Part shown: one piece after another, positions 1 to 8,753 of the stretch | Position numbering within the stretch: position 1 is the stretch's first letter | Layout: every line of letters starts with the position of its first letter | From: Thermoleophilia bacterium | GTDB lineage: Bacteria > Actinomycetota > Thermoleophilia > Gaiellales > JAICJC01 | Reading direction: 5' to 3' | Length of the DNA: 64,000 nucleotides | Assembly (NCBI GenBank): GCA_025927685.1 | Contig: JAICKX010000001.1 | Location: forward strand, 13,974-77,973 | The notes under the pieces: generated by a model | Seen by the model: only the letters and a program-made list of their open reading frames with translations | Told to the model about the DNA's origin: nothing | Database searches by the model: none | Position numbers and translations under genes: made by a program

Positions 1-1
1 C

Positions 2-904
2 GATCCGTCCACCAAGGCGGCGCTGATCAAGGGCCTCGCGACGCCGCCGGAGCTCGTCGTCCTCGGGTCGTCGCGGTCGCTCAAGGTGCGGCCGAGCTAC
101 CTCCACCGGCTCACCGGCGAGGACGTGTTCAACGCCGGCGTCCGCGACGCGACGCCGGTCGAGGAGTACGCGCTCGTGCACCTCATCCACGACCGGTTCC
201 CGGACGCGCACGTCCACTGGCTGTGGATGCTCGACGTCGAGGCGTTCCGAAGCGACCAGGTCAGCCCGGCGCTGCTCGACGCCTCCGACCTCGCGCCGTA
301 CGTCTCCCAGTCCGACCGGCTGACCGCCCGCGTCCACGGCATCGTCGACCTGCTCTCGTGGCGCGCGCTCGAGGACTCGCTGGCCTCGATCCGGGCCGGC
401 GAGGCCCCGGACGCCACGGCCGCGGCCCACTCCAAGCGGATCGGGCCGCACATCCGCCGCCTGATCGCCCGCTCGCAGGGGTTCACGCCCGACGGCTACT
501 ACACCCGCATGGACTACGACTGGGACAAGAGCACCGCGAAGTACGAGGCCATGTACGGCGACGGCAGCCTCTACACCGGACTGGCCGGCCTCTCGAAGAC
601 GTATCTGGAGCGGACGCTCGCGGACATGAACGCCTGGGGTGAGGCGCCGGTGATCGTGCTGAGCCCGATGCACCCGAAGCTCGAGCGGGAGCTCGGCCCG
701 CTGGGGTGGACGGACCGCCACGCCGACCTCGTCGCGTATCTGCGCAGCCTGCGCTCGGCGTACCGCTTCCGGTACCTCGACTTCACGTCGATCCGCTCGT
801 TCGGCGGCAGCGCGGCCGGGTTCTACGACCCCGTGCACATGCGGGCGAGGAACCTCCACCGCATGCTGACCGCCGTCCTGGCCCGGGCACCAGGTGCTCT
901 TTAA
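2..904 (+). CDS. Hypothetical protein with its 5' end off-window. Probably a DltD/AlgJ-like accessory partner of the downstream MBOAT acyltransferase.
   Basis: The frame stays open from nt 2 (DPSTKAALIKGLATPPELVVLGSSRSLK...) into ORF-track 86..904. The GSSRS block resembles the serine block of DltD/SGNH-type partners. The 3' end overlaps the MBOAT start by 11 nt. Confidence 0.6.
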   Translation, partial: DPSTKAALIKGLATPPELVVLGSSRSLKVRPSYLHRLTGEDVFNAGVRDATPVEEYALVHLIHDRFPDAHVHWLWMLDVEAFRSDQVSPALLDASDLAPYVSQSDRLTARVHGIVDLLSWRALEDSLASIRAGEAPDATAAAHSKRIGPHIRRLIARSQGFTPDGYYTRMDYDWDKSTAKYEAMYGDGSLYTGLAGLSKTYLERTLADMNAWGEAPVIVLSPMHPKLERELGPLGWTDRHADLVAYLRSLRSAYRFRYLDFTSIRSFGGSAAGFYDPVHMRARNLHRMLTAVLARAPGAL

Positions 905-2294
905 CAGCTACGAGTTCCTGTTCGTCTTCCTGCCGGCGGTGCTGCTGGGATGGTGGGCGCTCCGCCCGGCCGTGGTCCGGCTCGCGTTCCTGACGGCCGC
1001 CTCGTACGTCTTCTACGCCTGGTGGGACTGGCACTTCCTGCCGCTGATGCTCGCCTCCACGACCGTGGACTACGTCGCCGGGCGCGCGCTCGTCCGCCTC
1101 GATGACGGCGCCCGCCGGCGGGCCGTGCTCGTCGCGGCCCTCTCGGCGAACCTCGCGCTGCTCGGGTACTTCAAGTACGCGGGCTTCTTCGTGGACTCAC
1201 TCGACGGCGTGGGGAGCGCCCTCGGCCTGGGGCAGCCGTTCCCGGAGCTCGACATCGTCCTGCCGATCGGGATCTCGTTCTACACGTTCAACTCGATGTC
1301 GTACACGATCGACATCTACCGAGGGCAGGTCGCCCCGGCCCGAAGCCCGCTGCACTACGCCGCCTTCGTCTCGATGTTCCCGCACCTGATCGCGGGGCCG
1401 ATCGTGCGGTACTCGACGATCGAGGGGCAGCTGCGCCGGCTGACACCCACGCTCTCCTGGGAGCTGGCGGCGTCGGGGATGTTCTTCTTCACCTGCGGGC
1501 TGGCGAAGAAGCTCCTGATCGCGGATACGCTCGCGCCGCACGTCGACCGCCTCTTCGCCGGCCACGCCCACCTCGGGCTCGTCGGCGCCTGGGCGGCGGC
1601 GGCCGGCTACGCGCTTCAGCTCTACTTCGACTTCTCGGGTTACTCGGACATGGCGGTGGGGCTGGCATTCCTGCTCGGCTTCCGCTTCCCGCAGAACTTC
1701 GACTCGCCCTACAAGGCCGTGAACATCTCGGACTTCTGGCGGCGGTGGCACATGTCGCTCTCGTTCTGGCTCCGCGACTACCTCTTCATCCCGCTCGGCG
1801 GCTCGCGGGACGGCAAGCTGCACACCCTGCGCAACCTCGGCATCACGATGTTCCTGGGCGGTCTGTGGCACGGCGCCGCGTGGACGTTCGTGGTCTGGGG
1901 GCTCGTCCACGGAGCGCTTCTGATCGTGCACAACCTCCTACGCGGAGCCGGCCTCACGCCGCGCTCGGCCGCTGTGAACCGGGCGGTCACGTTCGCCTGC
2001 GTCGCGGCTGCGTTCGTGATCTTCCGCGCTCCGAGCCTCGAGATCGCGGGCGACGTGCTCTCCGCGATGGCGGGGATGAACGGGATCGAGAACCTCTCGG
2101 CGCTGCATGCGCAGGTGGGTGCGTCCATGGCGGCCGGCGTCGCAGCGCTCCTCGTCTTCGTGAACGTGGCCCCGAACACGTGGCAGGTGGAGCTCCGGCC
2201 GCGGCCCGTCTATGGGCTCGCGCTTGGCGCCGCGCTGGCGGCCGCCGTCCTCACGATCGGGAACCCCAGCCCGTTCATCTATTTCCGGTTCTAG
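894..2294 (+). CDS. MBOAT-family membrane O-acyltransferase (AlgI/DltB-like)
   Basis: 466 aa. The N-terminus MLFNSYEFLFVFLP is typical of AlgI/DltB. The protein is multi-pass hydrophobic, with WRRWHMSLSFWLRDYLFIPLGG and a conserved His region (GLWHGA). Confidence 0.9.
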   Translation: MLFNSYEFLFVFLPAVLLGWWALRPAVVRLAFLTAASYVFYAWWDWHFLPLMLASTTVDYVAGRALVRLDDGARRRAVLVAALSANLALLGYFKYAGFFVDSLDGVGSALGLGQPFPELDIVLPIGISFYTFNSMSYTIDIYRGQVAPARSPLHYAAFVSMFPHLIAGPIVRYSTIEGQLRRLTPTLSWELAASGMFFFTCGLAKKLLIADTLAPHVDRLFAGHAHLGLVGAWAAAAGYALQLYFDFSGYSDMAVGLAFLLGFRFPQNFDSPYKAVNISDFWRRWHMSLSFWLRDYLFIPLGGSRDGKLHTLRNLGITMFLGGLWHGAAWTFVVWGLVHGALLIVHNLLRGAGLTPRSAAVNRAVTFACVAAAFVIFRAPSLEIAGDVLSAMAGMNGIENLSALHAQVGASMAAGVAALLVFVNVAPNTWQVELRPRPVYGLALGAALAAAVLTIGNPSPFIYFRF

Positions 2295-2372
2295 GGTCGC
2301 CGACCCCACCCGGATGGGTGGTCGCGCGCGCGAGCCTGGACATGCCCCGGGGCTCGGCCGTATCCTGGCCCG

Positions 2373-2869
2373 GTGAGGCGACGTGCTGTCTGGGGGATGT
2401 GCACCGTTGCCGCGACGCTGGTCGCGCTCACCACGGCCGGGGCCGCGTGGGCGGCAACCTGGGCGTCGGGAACACGACCAACCACCTGACGCCGGTGCAG
2501 GTGCACGGTCTCGCCAACATCGTCGCCATCGCCGGAGGCCGCGACCACAGCCTGGCCGTCCGCTCCGACGGGACCGTGTGGGCGTGGGGCTGGAACACGT
2601 ACGGCCGGCTCGGCGACCGCACGAAGACGAACCGGCTCGCGCCGGTGCAGGTGAGCGGCCTGGCCGGCGTCACCCGCGTCAGCGCCGGAGCCGAGCACAG
2701 CATGGCGCTCACGTCCGCGGGCATGGTCTGGACGTGGGGCCACAACAACGACGGCCAGCTCGGCGACGGGACGACCATCAACCGGCCCGCGCCGGTGAAG
2801 ATCGGCGGCATCTCGGGCGCGTTCGGGCTCGGCGGCGGCGTGAACTACAGCGCCGTCCTGCACACCTAG
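2373..2869 (+). pseudogene. Secreted RCC1-repeat protein (3 repeats), apparently frameshifted between signal peptide and repeats
   Basis: GTG 2373..2489 encodes a signal-peptide-like MRRRAVWGMCTVAATLVALTTAGAAWAA... in frame 3. The RCC1 repeats (WGxNxxGxLGxG ... PVQV, three copies) run in frame 2 to the stop at 2869, with an in-frame GTG at 2447. The frames meet at a G-run near 2447-2451. Confidence 0.55.
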
Positions 2870-2929
2870 CATCCGGCAAGTACCGCAAGAAGGGGACAGC
2901 GTTCCCTCAGGGCGGGGAGCGCGCGCCGG

Positions 2930-3892
2930 GTGGCGAGCGCCGATCACCGTCGCGCAATGCGGGTCTCCCTCCGTTCCATCGCGCTCTTCGCCGCGCTTGC
3001 CGTTTCCGGGCTCGGGCTCGTGCTGCTCGGCGGCCCGTCCGCCGCGAGCGCGGCGGCGCCGACGCCGTCGGCACCGTGCATCGGCTCGAGCGCGCCCGCC
3101 CACTACGCGCACGTCGTCGTGATCGTCGAGGAGAACAAGTCCTACAACCAGGTCATGGGCCATGCCCCGTACGAGACCGCGGTTTCGAAGGCGTGCGGCT
3201 TCGCCGCGAACATGCGTGCGGAGACATACCCCAGCCTCCCGAACTACCTGGCGATGACGTCCGGCGCCGTGCCGGGTGCCGTCGCGGGCCGCGATTGCCA
3301 GCCGTCCGGCGACTGCATGGCGAGCGCGCCCACGATCTTCGACCAGACGGCCGGGTCGTGGCGGGTCTACGCGGAGTCGATGCCCGGCAACTGCGCGCGC
3401 AAGAACACGCCCGATGGGCTCTACGTGCCGCGCCACACCGCCGCCCCGTACTTCACCGGTCTTGCCGCCGCGTGCCTCACGCACCAGGTTCCGCTCGGCA
3501 CGACGGCGGCCGGAGCCCTGGCCGGCGACCTGAAGGCAGGCACGCTGCCGATGTTCGCGCTCGTCGTCCCGAACACCACGAACGATGCCCACGGCGGCTG
3601 CCTCTCGTGTGCCGACGCCTGGCTCTCGCGCTGGGTGCCCAAGATCGTCGCCTCGCCGGCCTACCAGGACGGGGCGACCGCCGTCTTCATCACCTACGAC
3701 TCCGACGACGCCAGCGCGAAGAATCACATCGCCACGCTGGTGATCGCACCGTCCGTGAAGCCCGGCACGGTCGCCACGGGCGCCTACACGCACTACTCGA
3801 TGCTGCGCACCATCGAGAGCATGCTCGGGCTCCGAGGGCGGCTCGGCGGGGCGGCCAGCGCCCTGGGCATGCGTCCCGTGTTCAACCTGTAG
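2930..3892 (+). CDS. Secreted phosphoesterase-family protein (acid phosphatase / phospholipase C-like, PF04185-type)
   Basis: Signal peptide MRVSLRSIALFAALAVSGLG; the likely true start is ATG 2957. Motifs HVVVIVEENKSYNQV, PNYLAMTSG, VPNTTNDAHGG and ITYDSDD. Paralogous to 57864..58778. Confidence 0.85.
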   Translation: MASADHRRAMRVSLRSIALFAALAVSGLGLVLLGGPSAASAAAPTPSAPCIGSSAPAHYAHVVVIVEENKSYNQVMGHAPYETAVSKACGFAANMRAETYPSLPNYLAMTSGAVPGAVAGRDCQPSGDCMASAPTIFDQTAGSWRVYAESMPGNCARKNTPDGLYVPRHTAAPYFTGLAAACLTHQVPLGTTAAGALAGDLKAGTLPMFALVVPNTTNDAHGGCLSCADAWLSRWVPKIVASPAYQDGATAVFITYDSDDASAKNHIATLVIAPSVKPGTVATGAYTHYSMLRTIESMLGLRGRLGGAASALGMRPVFNL

Positions 3893-3920
3893 CTCGGCTG
3901 CAGGCGTGTCGCGCGGGCGG

Positions 3921-4078
3921 GTGACGCCGCGTCACGAGACGGTCGCAGAAGACGCCGATTGTCGTTTCAGGCCACCGACATCTGACGGCAGGGTCGGGGT
4001 GTGCGGGGGCGTGACGGCGTGTCGCGGAACGGTGACGGAAGACGTCGATTGTCGTTTCACCGCACCGACACGTGACGG
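3921..4078. repeat. Tandem direct repeat: two 68-nt units (3921-3988 and 4011-4078) with a 90-nt period, in a convergent intergenic spacer
   Basis: Hand alignment gives roughly 80% identity. The shared core is GAAGACG(C/T)CGATTGTCGTTTCA and both units end in CCGACA(T/C)(C/G)TGACGG. Unit 1 starts with the palindrome GTGACGccgCGTCAC. Confidence 0.8.
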
Positions 4079-4108
4079 AGGTCCGGGCCGGCCGCCGCTG
4101 CCCCCGGT

Positions 4109-4531
4109 TTACTCCGCCCGCCGCACGCGCGGCGCGCCGCGGGCGGCGGTGAGCTCCCAGACGGTCCCGTTCGAGGTGCGCGCGTACAGCGTGATCCGCG
4201 TCCGTGCGAGGCGCCCGGCGCCGGTCGTGTCGACGTAGACGACGCCGGGCAGGCGGGCCCCGAACGGCGTGGACGCGGCGGCGTACTCGTCCCCGGTGCG
4301 GGCATTCAGGTCCTCGGTGATCTCGCTCGCGTCGCTGGGGTAGCAGCGGCGGCATGCGCCATCCTCGCGGCCGATCGCGCGGGCGGCGTGGAACGCGCGC
4401 ACCAGCAGGGCGCGGGCCGCTGAGTCGGGAACGGCCTGCGTGGTCGGCGTGGGCGGCGCCGCCGCCGGTGACCCGCCGCAGGCCGCGACCGCCGCGCCCA
4501 CGAGCGGACAGACCAGGCCCAGCCGCCACAT
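4109..4531 (-). CDS. Hypothetical lipoprotein
   Basis: 140 aa. The lipobox-like signal is MWRLGLVCPLVGAAVAACGG. TAA stop and good GC3. A TACGCT box lies 7 nt upstream of the ATG. Confidence 0.75.
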   Translation of the reverse strand: MWRLGLVCPLVGAAVAACGGSPAAAPPTPTTQAVPDSAARALLVRAFHAARAIGREDGACRRCYPSDASEITEDLNARTGDEYAAASTPFGARLPGVVYVDTTGAGRLARTRITLYARTSNGTVWELTAARGAPRVRRAE

Positions 4532-4538
4532 CGTGGTA

Positions 4539-4544
4539 AGCGTA
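4539..4544 (-). promoter_or_regulatory. -10-like box TACGCT, 7 nt upstream of ATG 4531 (leaderless-type)
   Basis: The minus strand reads TACGCT-taccacg-ATG. Confidence 0.35.
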
Positions 4545-4675
4545 TCGCCCCGGATGGGTGAGGCACGGGCGGGGCGGGAGGCCGATAACGGAATACCGAG
4601 ATGGGGGTCATCCCGAACGCCGGCAGCGCCGGTATGTCATCGAGGCTCATCGACAGTCGAGTTTAAGTGATCTGA

Positions 4676-6715
4676 GTGTCCCGCAAGTACGGATCCAGCC
4701 GCAGGCCCACCGCGGTCAAGGCAATTCTGCTCCTCGCCGTGGCAGCGGCTGCGCTGTGCCCGGCGACGCTCTCGCGGGCGTTCGCGTCGCAGCACCGGCC
4801 CGCCGCGCCGACGCACCTCACGGCGAGCGGGGTGACGCGGACGGCGCTCGACCTGTCGTGGAGGCGCTCCACCGGGCCCGGTCGCATCGTCGTCTACCGG
4901 GTCTACCGGAACGGCCGCAAGATCGGGCACACCAGGAGGACGCGCTACGCCGTCTCCGGCCTGCGCTGCGGCACCGCCTCGGTCTACACCGTGCGTGCCG
5001 TGACCGCCGCGGGCGGCGTCTCCGTCCCGGCCCGGCGCACGCTGAGCACCGCGGCCTGCGCGGCGCGGGACACCGAGGCGCCGTTGGCGCCGACGGGGCT
5101 GGCGCAGTCGGAGCCGGCGGAGACCGGCCTCGACCTGACCTGGCTCCCGGCGACCGACAACGTCCGCGTCGCCGGGTATCGCGTCTCGCGCGACGGCACG
5201 CCGATCGCCCGCACCGCCGAGACGAGCCTCTCCGTCGGCGGCCTGGCCTGCGGGACGTCCTACGCCTTCACCGTCGCGGCGTACGACGCCGCCGGCAACG
5301 TCTCTGCTCCGGCCTCGGTCAGCGCGAGCACCGCCGCCTGCGCGGCCCCCGCGCCGTGCAGCGGGGTGGCCGTGGCCCCGGGAGCCGACCTCGAGGCGCT
5401 CGCCGCGACCAAGCCGGCGGGGACGACGTTCTGCATCGCCCCCGGCACCTACCGCGTGCGCTCCGCCATCCGGCCCCGCGACGGCCAGCGGTTCGTCGGC
5501 ACGGGCGCCGGCGTCGTCATCACGGGCGGCGCGCCGCTCACCGCTTTCGCCCCGTCGGGCGGTGTGTGGGTCGCGCCCGGCCCGACCAGTGCGGACTACG
5601 AGGCCGGGTCGGGATTCTCGGGCTATCTGCATCCGCAGGCGCCGTACGCGAACGACGTCACGATGGACGGCGTCCTGCTGGACAAGGTCGGCGTCCGGGT
5701 GGGCGGCCAGACCTACGGCGATCCCGCGTCGGCGGTCGGCCCGGGCTCCTACTTCGTGGACTACGACGCAGGGCGGGTCGAGCTCGGCTCCGACCCGGCC
5801 GGCCACGACGTCGAGATCGGCCAGGCCAGCCAGGGGTTCATCTCGACCGCGACGGGCGTCGCGCTGCGCGACCTGAAGCTGGAGCTCTTCACCTCGACCG
5901 GCGTCCTCATGCTGCCCGGCGCGTCCGCCTGGACGCTCGACGACGTCTCGGTCTCCGAGGCGCACGACTCGGGCGTGAACCTGCGCGACGGCGCGGTGAT
6001 GACCGGTGGGGCGCTCGCGTGGAACGGCCGCTACGGCCTGAACGCCCGCGGCGCGGACGTCACGATCGACGGCGTGGACGTGTCGCACTCCGACGCCGCC
6101 CACTACCTCGACACGAACGGCGGCTGCGTGGCGGCCGGGGGATCGAAGTTCGTCGGAACGGTGGGCCTCGTGCTCCGGGACAGCGTGTTCCACGACAACC
6201 TGTGCAACGGCATCTGGCTGGACGTCGACACGTACGACTCGACGATCCAGAACAACACGGCCGTCGACAACCAGGATGACGGCATCCGGGTCGAGGTGAG
6301 CCACAAGCTCGTGATCTCGGGCAACACCGTGCAGGACAACGGCGGGTGGGGCATCTATCTCGCCAACGCGCCTGTGGCCGACGTCTACGCCAACACGGTG
6401 GGGGCCAACGGCAACGGCGCGATCGTCCTGAACTGGAGCGGGCGAACCACGCCGACGTCCGCATACGGGTCCTATGCCACGTCTGACGTGAGCGTCCACG
6501 ACAACACGATGCGGCTGACCGCGTCCGACCAGATCGTGGGCATCATCGACAAGACCGGCACCGGCTATCCGTACACGGCCGCGGCCGACAACCACTACTA
6601 CGCCAACCACTACGTGCTGCCCGACTCCGCATGGAGGTACTTCCGGCTCGCGGCCAAGGTGTCGTGGATCGGGTGGCGCACGGCGGGGATGGACACCGAG
6701 TACGCGCTGATGTGA
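4676..6715 (+). CDS. Secreted protein with two fibronectin type III domains and a right-handed parallel beta-helix domain (pectate-lyase fold)
   Basis: 679 aa with a signal peptide. There are two FN3-like units (LDLSW..YRVYRNG.., LDLTW..YRVSRDG.., each ending STAAC). These are followed by repeated beta-helix turns (GIWLDV, DDGIRVEVS, GGWGIYLAN, GNGAIVLN). Confidence 0.85.
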   Translation: MSRKYGSSRRPTAVKAILLLAVAAAALCPATLSRAFASQHRPAAPTHLTASGVTRTALDLSWRRSTGPGRIVVYRVYRNGRKIGHTRRTRYAVSGLRCGTASVYTVRAVTAAGGVSVPARRTLSTAACAARDTEAPLAPTGLAQSEPAETGLDLTWLPATDNVRVAGYRVSRDGTPIARTAETSLSVGGLACGTSYAFTVAAYDAAGNVSAPASVSASTAACAAPAPCSGVAVAPGADLEALAATKPAGTTFCIAPGTYRVRSAIRPRDGQRFVGTGAGVVITGGAPLTAFAPSGGVWVAPGPTSADYEAGSGFSGYLHPQAPYANDVTMDGVLLDKVGVRVGGQTYGDPASAVGPGSYFVDYDAGRVELGSDPAGHDVEIGQASQGFISTATGVALRDLKLELFTSTGVLMLPGASAWTLDDVSVSEAHDSGVNLRDGAVMTGGALAWNGRYGLNARGADVTIDGVDVSHSDAAHYLDTNGGCVAAGGSKFVGTVGLVLRDSVFHDNLCNGIWLDVDTYDSTIQNNTAVDNQDDGIRVEVSHKLVISGNTVQDNGGWGIYLANAPVADVYANTVGANGNGAIVLNWSGRTTPTSAYGSYATSDVSVHDNTMRLTASDQIVGIIDKTGTGYPYTAAADNHYYANHYVLPDSAWRYFRLAAKVSWIGWRTAGMDTEYALM

Positions 6716-6748
6716 GGTGCCCGGGAGCGGCGCTGATCCGCTGCTAGC

Positions 6749-8749
6749 ATGTGCCCGGCGTGGCAACCACGCCGCGCCTCGGAGGTTTTGGGCATCGCGT
6801 GCCGGGTGATGGGCCGCGATGAGATGGCGGACTCTCGCATGGGTGAGCCAGTGGTGGATCTGGCAGGGATGCTGGTCGGGGTCGACGCGATCGTCTGGGG
6901 CGCCGACGCCGGCCAACGCCGCGTCGACTTCGTGAGCGAGGGGTGTCGGGCGGTCTCCGGGCACGATCCCGAGACCTGGCTCTCGGCGCCGGACTTCGCC
7001 GTCGACCTCGTTCAGGGCGCCGACCGTGAGCGCGTCGCCGCGGCGCTCGACCGGATCGCGGAGACGGGCGATCGCGAGGAGCTGGAGTACCGGCTCGAGA
7101 CGCCGACCGGGCGCGCGGTCTGGGTCGTGAACGTCGTCCATGCGGTCAGCGGCCGGGACGGCCGCCGCCGGCTGCACGGAGTGATCGTGGACATCACCCG
7201 CCGCAAGGAGGCCGAGCGCGCGCTGCTCGAGCAGCTCAGCCGCTCCGAGCAGGAGTACCGCACGCTCTTCGAGCTGCACCCCAACCCGGTCTGGGTCTAC
7301 GACCTCGAGACGCTGCGATTCCTGGCAGTGAACGAGGCGGCCGAGCGCCAGTACGGGTACTCCCGCCAGGAGCTGGCGTCGATGACGATCGCCGACATCC
7401 GCCCGCAGGAGGAGGTGGCGGCGATGCTGGCTGCCGTCGGCAACGTCGCCGAGGGCGCCATGCGGTCCGGCCCGTGGCACCACCGCACGCGCGACGGCAC
7501 CGTCTTCGAGGTCGAGATCAGCTCGCACACGATCACGTTCGGCGGCCGCCGTGGCGAGGTCGTGATGGCGGTCGACGTGTCGGAGCGGCGGGCGCTCGAG
7601 CACCAGCTCCTCCAGGCCCAGAAGATGGAGGCGGTCGGCCAGCTCGCGGGCGGCGTCGCGCACGACTTCAACAATCTCGCCCTCGTCATCTCGGGCCATG
7701 CCGAGCTCCTCTTGGAGCGGCTCGACGACGCCCGTGCACGCGAGAGCGCTCGGGAGATCCGGCGGGCGGCAGATCAGGCGAGTGAGCTCACGCGCCAGCT
7801 CCTCGCCTTCAGCCGGCGCCAGGTCCTGCGCCCCGTCGAGCTGGACGTGAGCGACGTCTTGGCCGACCTGGTGCCGATGCTCGGCCGGCTGATCGGCGAC
7901 GACATCGAGCTCTCGACCCGGCTCGCGGCAGGCACAGGCGCCGTCCAGGCCGACCCGGCCCAGCTGCGCCAGGTCGTCATGAACCTCGTGCTGAACGCCC
8001 GCGACGCCATGCCGCGCGGGGGACGGCTCTCGATCGAGACGTCCGTCCGCGACCTCGACGAGCACTTCACCGAGGCCAAGCTCGAGCTGGCTCCCGGCGG
8101 CTACGTGGTGCTGGCCGTCTCGGACACCGGCGAGGGGATGGACGAGGCCACGCGCGAGCGCATCTTCGAGCCGTTCTTCACGACCAAGGAGCCGGGAAAG
8201 GGGACGGGGCTCGGCCTCGCGACCGTCTACGGGGTCGTGAAGCAGACCGGCGGGTCGATCTGGGTGTACTCGGAGCCGGGCCGCGGCACGACCTTCAAGG
8301 TGTACCTGCCCCGGCACGGAGCGTCAGCGGCCGCCGCCCAGCGTGACCGGCCCGGCGCGACCGTCCCCGCCGCCACCGGGACGCTGCTTCTGGTCGAGGA
8401 CCACGAGCAGGTGCGCACGCTCGTCCACATGGTGCTCGAGAAGCTGGGCCACACCGTCGTCGCTGCCGCCAGCGGTGGTGAGGCCCTTGCGGCGGCCGCC
8501 GCCCGCGAGGGCCCGATCGACATGGTGGTGACCGATCTCGTCATGCCGGGGATGGACGGCAAGGAGCTCGTCGAGCGCCTGCGCGAGCTTCGGCCCGGCA
8601 TCCGCGCGCTCTTCACGTCCGGCTACGCGCAGGGCGTGGTGGAGGGTCACGAGCTCGGCGAGGGCGACGCGTTCCTGCCCAAGCCGTACGACCAGGCGGA
8701 GCTGGCCGCGGCTGTCGAGGCCGTGCTCGCGGCCCCGGCGCCCGGCTGA
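6749..8749 (+). CDS. Hybrid sensor histidine kinase (PAS-PAS-HisKA-HATPase-receiver)
   Basis: 666 aa. H-box [23 protein letters not shown] boxes ([25 protein letters not shown]), then REC ([11 protein letters not shown]...[12 protein letters not shown]). The start is uncertain (6749, or ATG near 6812). Confidence 0.9.
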   Translation: MCPAWQPRRASEVLGIACRVMGRDEMADSRMGEPVVDLAGMLVGVDAIVWGADAGQRRVDFVSEGCRAVSGHDPETWLSAPDFAVDLVQGADRERVAAALDRIAETGDREELEYRLETPTGRAVWVVNVVHAVSGRDGRRRLHGVIVDITRRKEAERALLEQLSRSEQEYRTLFELHPNPVWVYDLETLRFLAVNEAAERQYGYSRQELASMTIADIRPQEEVAAMLAAVGNVAEGAMRSGPWHHRTRDGTVFEVEISSHTITFGGRRGEVVMAVDVSERRALEHQLLQAQKMEAVGQLAGGVAHDFNNLALVISGHAELLLERLDDARARESAREIRRAADQASELTRQLLAFSRRQVLRPVELDVSDVLADLVPMLGRLIGDDIELSTRLAAGTGAVQADPAQLRQVVMNLVLNARDAMPRGGRLSIETSVRDLDEHFTEAKLELAPGGYVVLAVSDTGEGMDEATRERIFEPFFTTKEPGKGTGLGLATVYGVVKQTGGSIWVYSEPGRGTTFKVYLPRHGASAAAAQRDRPGATVPAATGTLLLVEDHEQVRTLVHMVLEKLGHTVVAAASGGEALAAAAAREGPIDMVVTDLVMPGMDGKELVERLRELRPGIRALFTSGYAQGVVEGHELGEGDAFLPKPYDQAELAAAVEAVLAAPAPG

Positions 8750-8753
8750 CGCG

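Noticed and set aside
3906-4238. A 110-aa ORF reading through the tandem repeat, giving a duplicated peptide ...EDADCRFRPPTSDG / ...EDVDCRFTAPTRDG.
   Set aside because: Differences between the two DNA copies are spread evenly over codon positions 1, 2 and 3. The region uses A/T-ending triplets atypical of real genes here. It runs antisense into the lipoprotein gene.
4637-8317. Very long ORFs in the track: 1226 aa here, plus 2291-3793(-), 12673-14925(-), 13137-15941(+) 5' part, 40098-42203(-), 42662-44695(-), 44331-46484(-), 48604-50373(-), 61113-62738(+) and others.
   Set aside because: They lie antisense or out of frame to genes with unmistakable family motifs. They are dominated by Arg/Pro/Gly/Ala runs and are the expected stop-codon-poor shadow frames of very GC-rich DNA.
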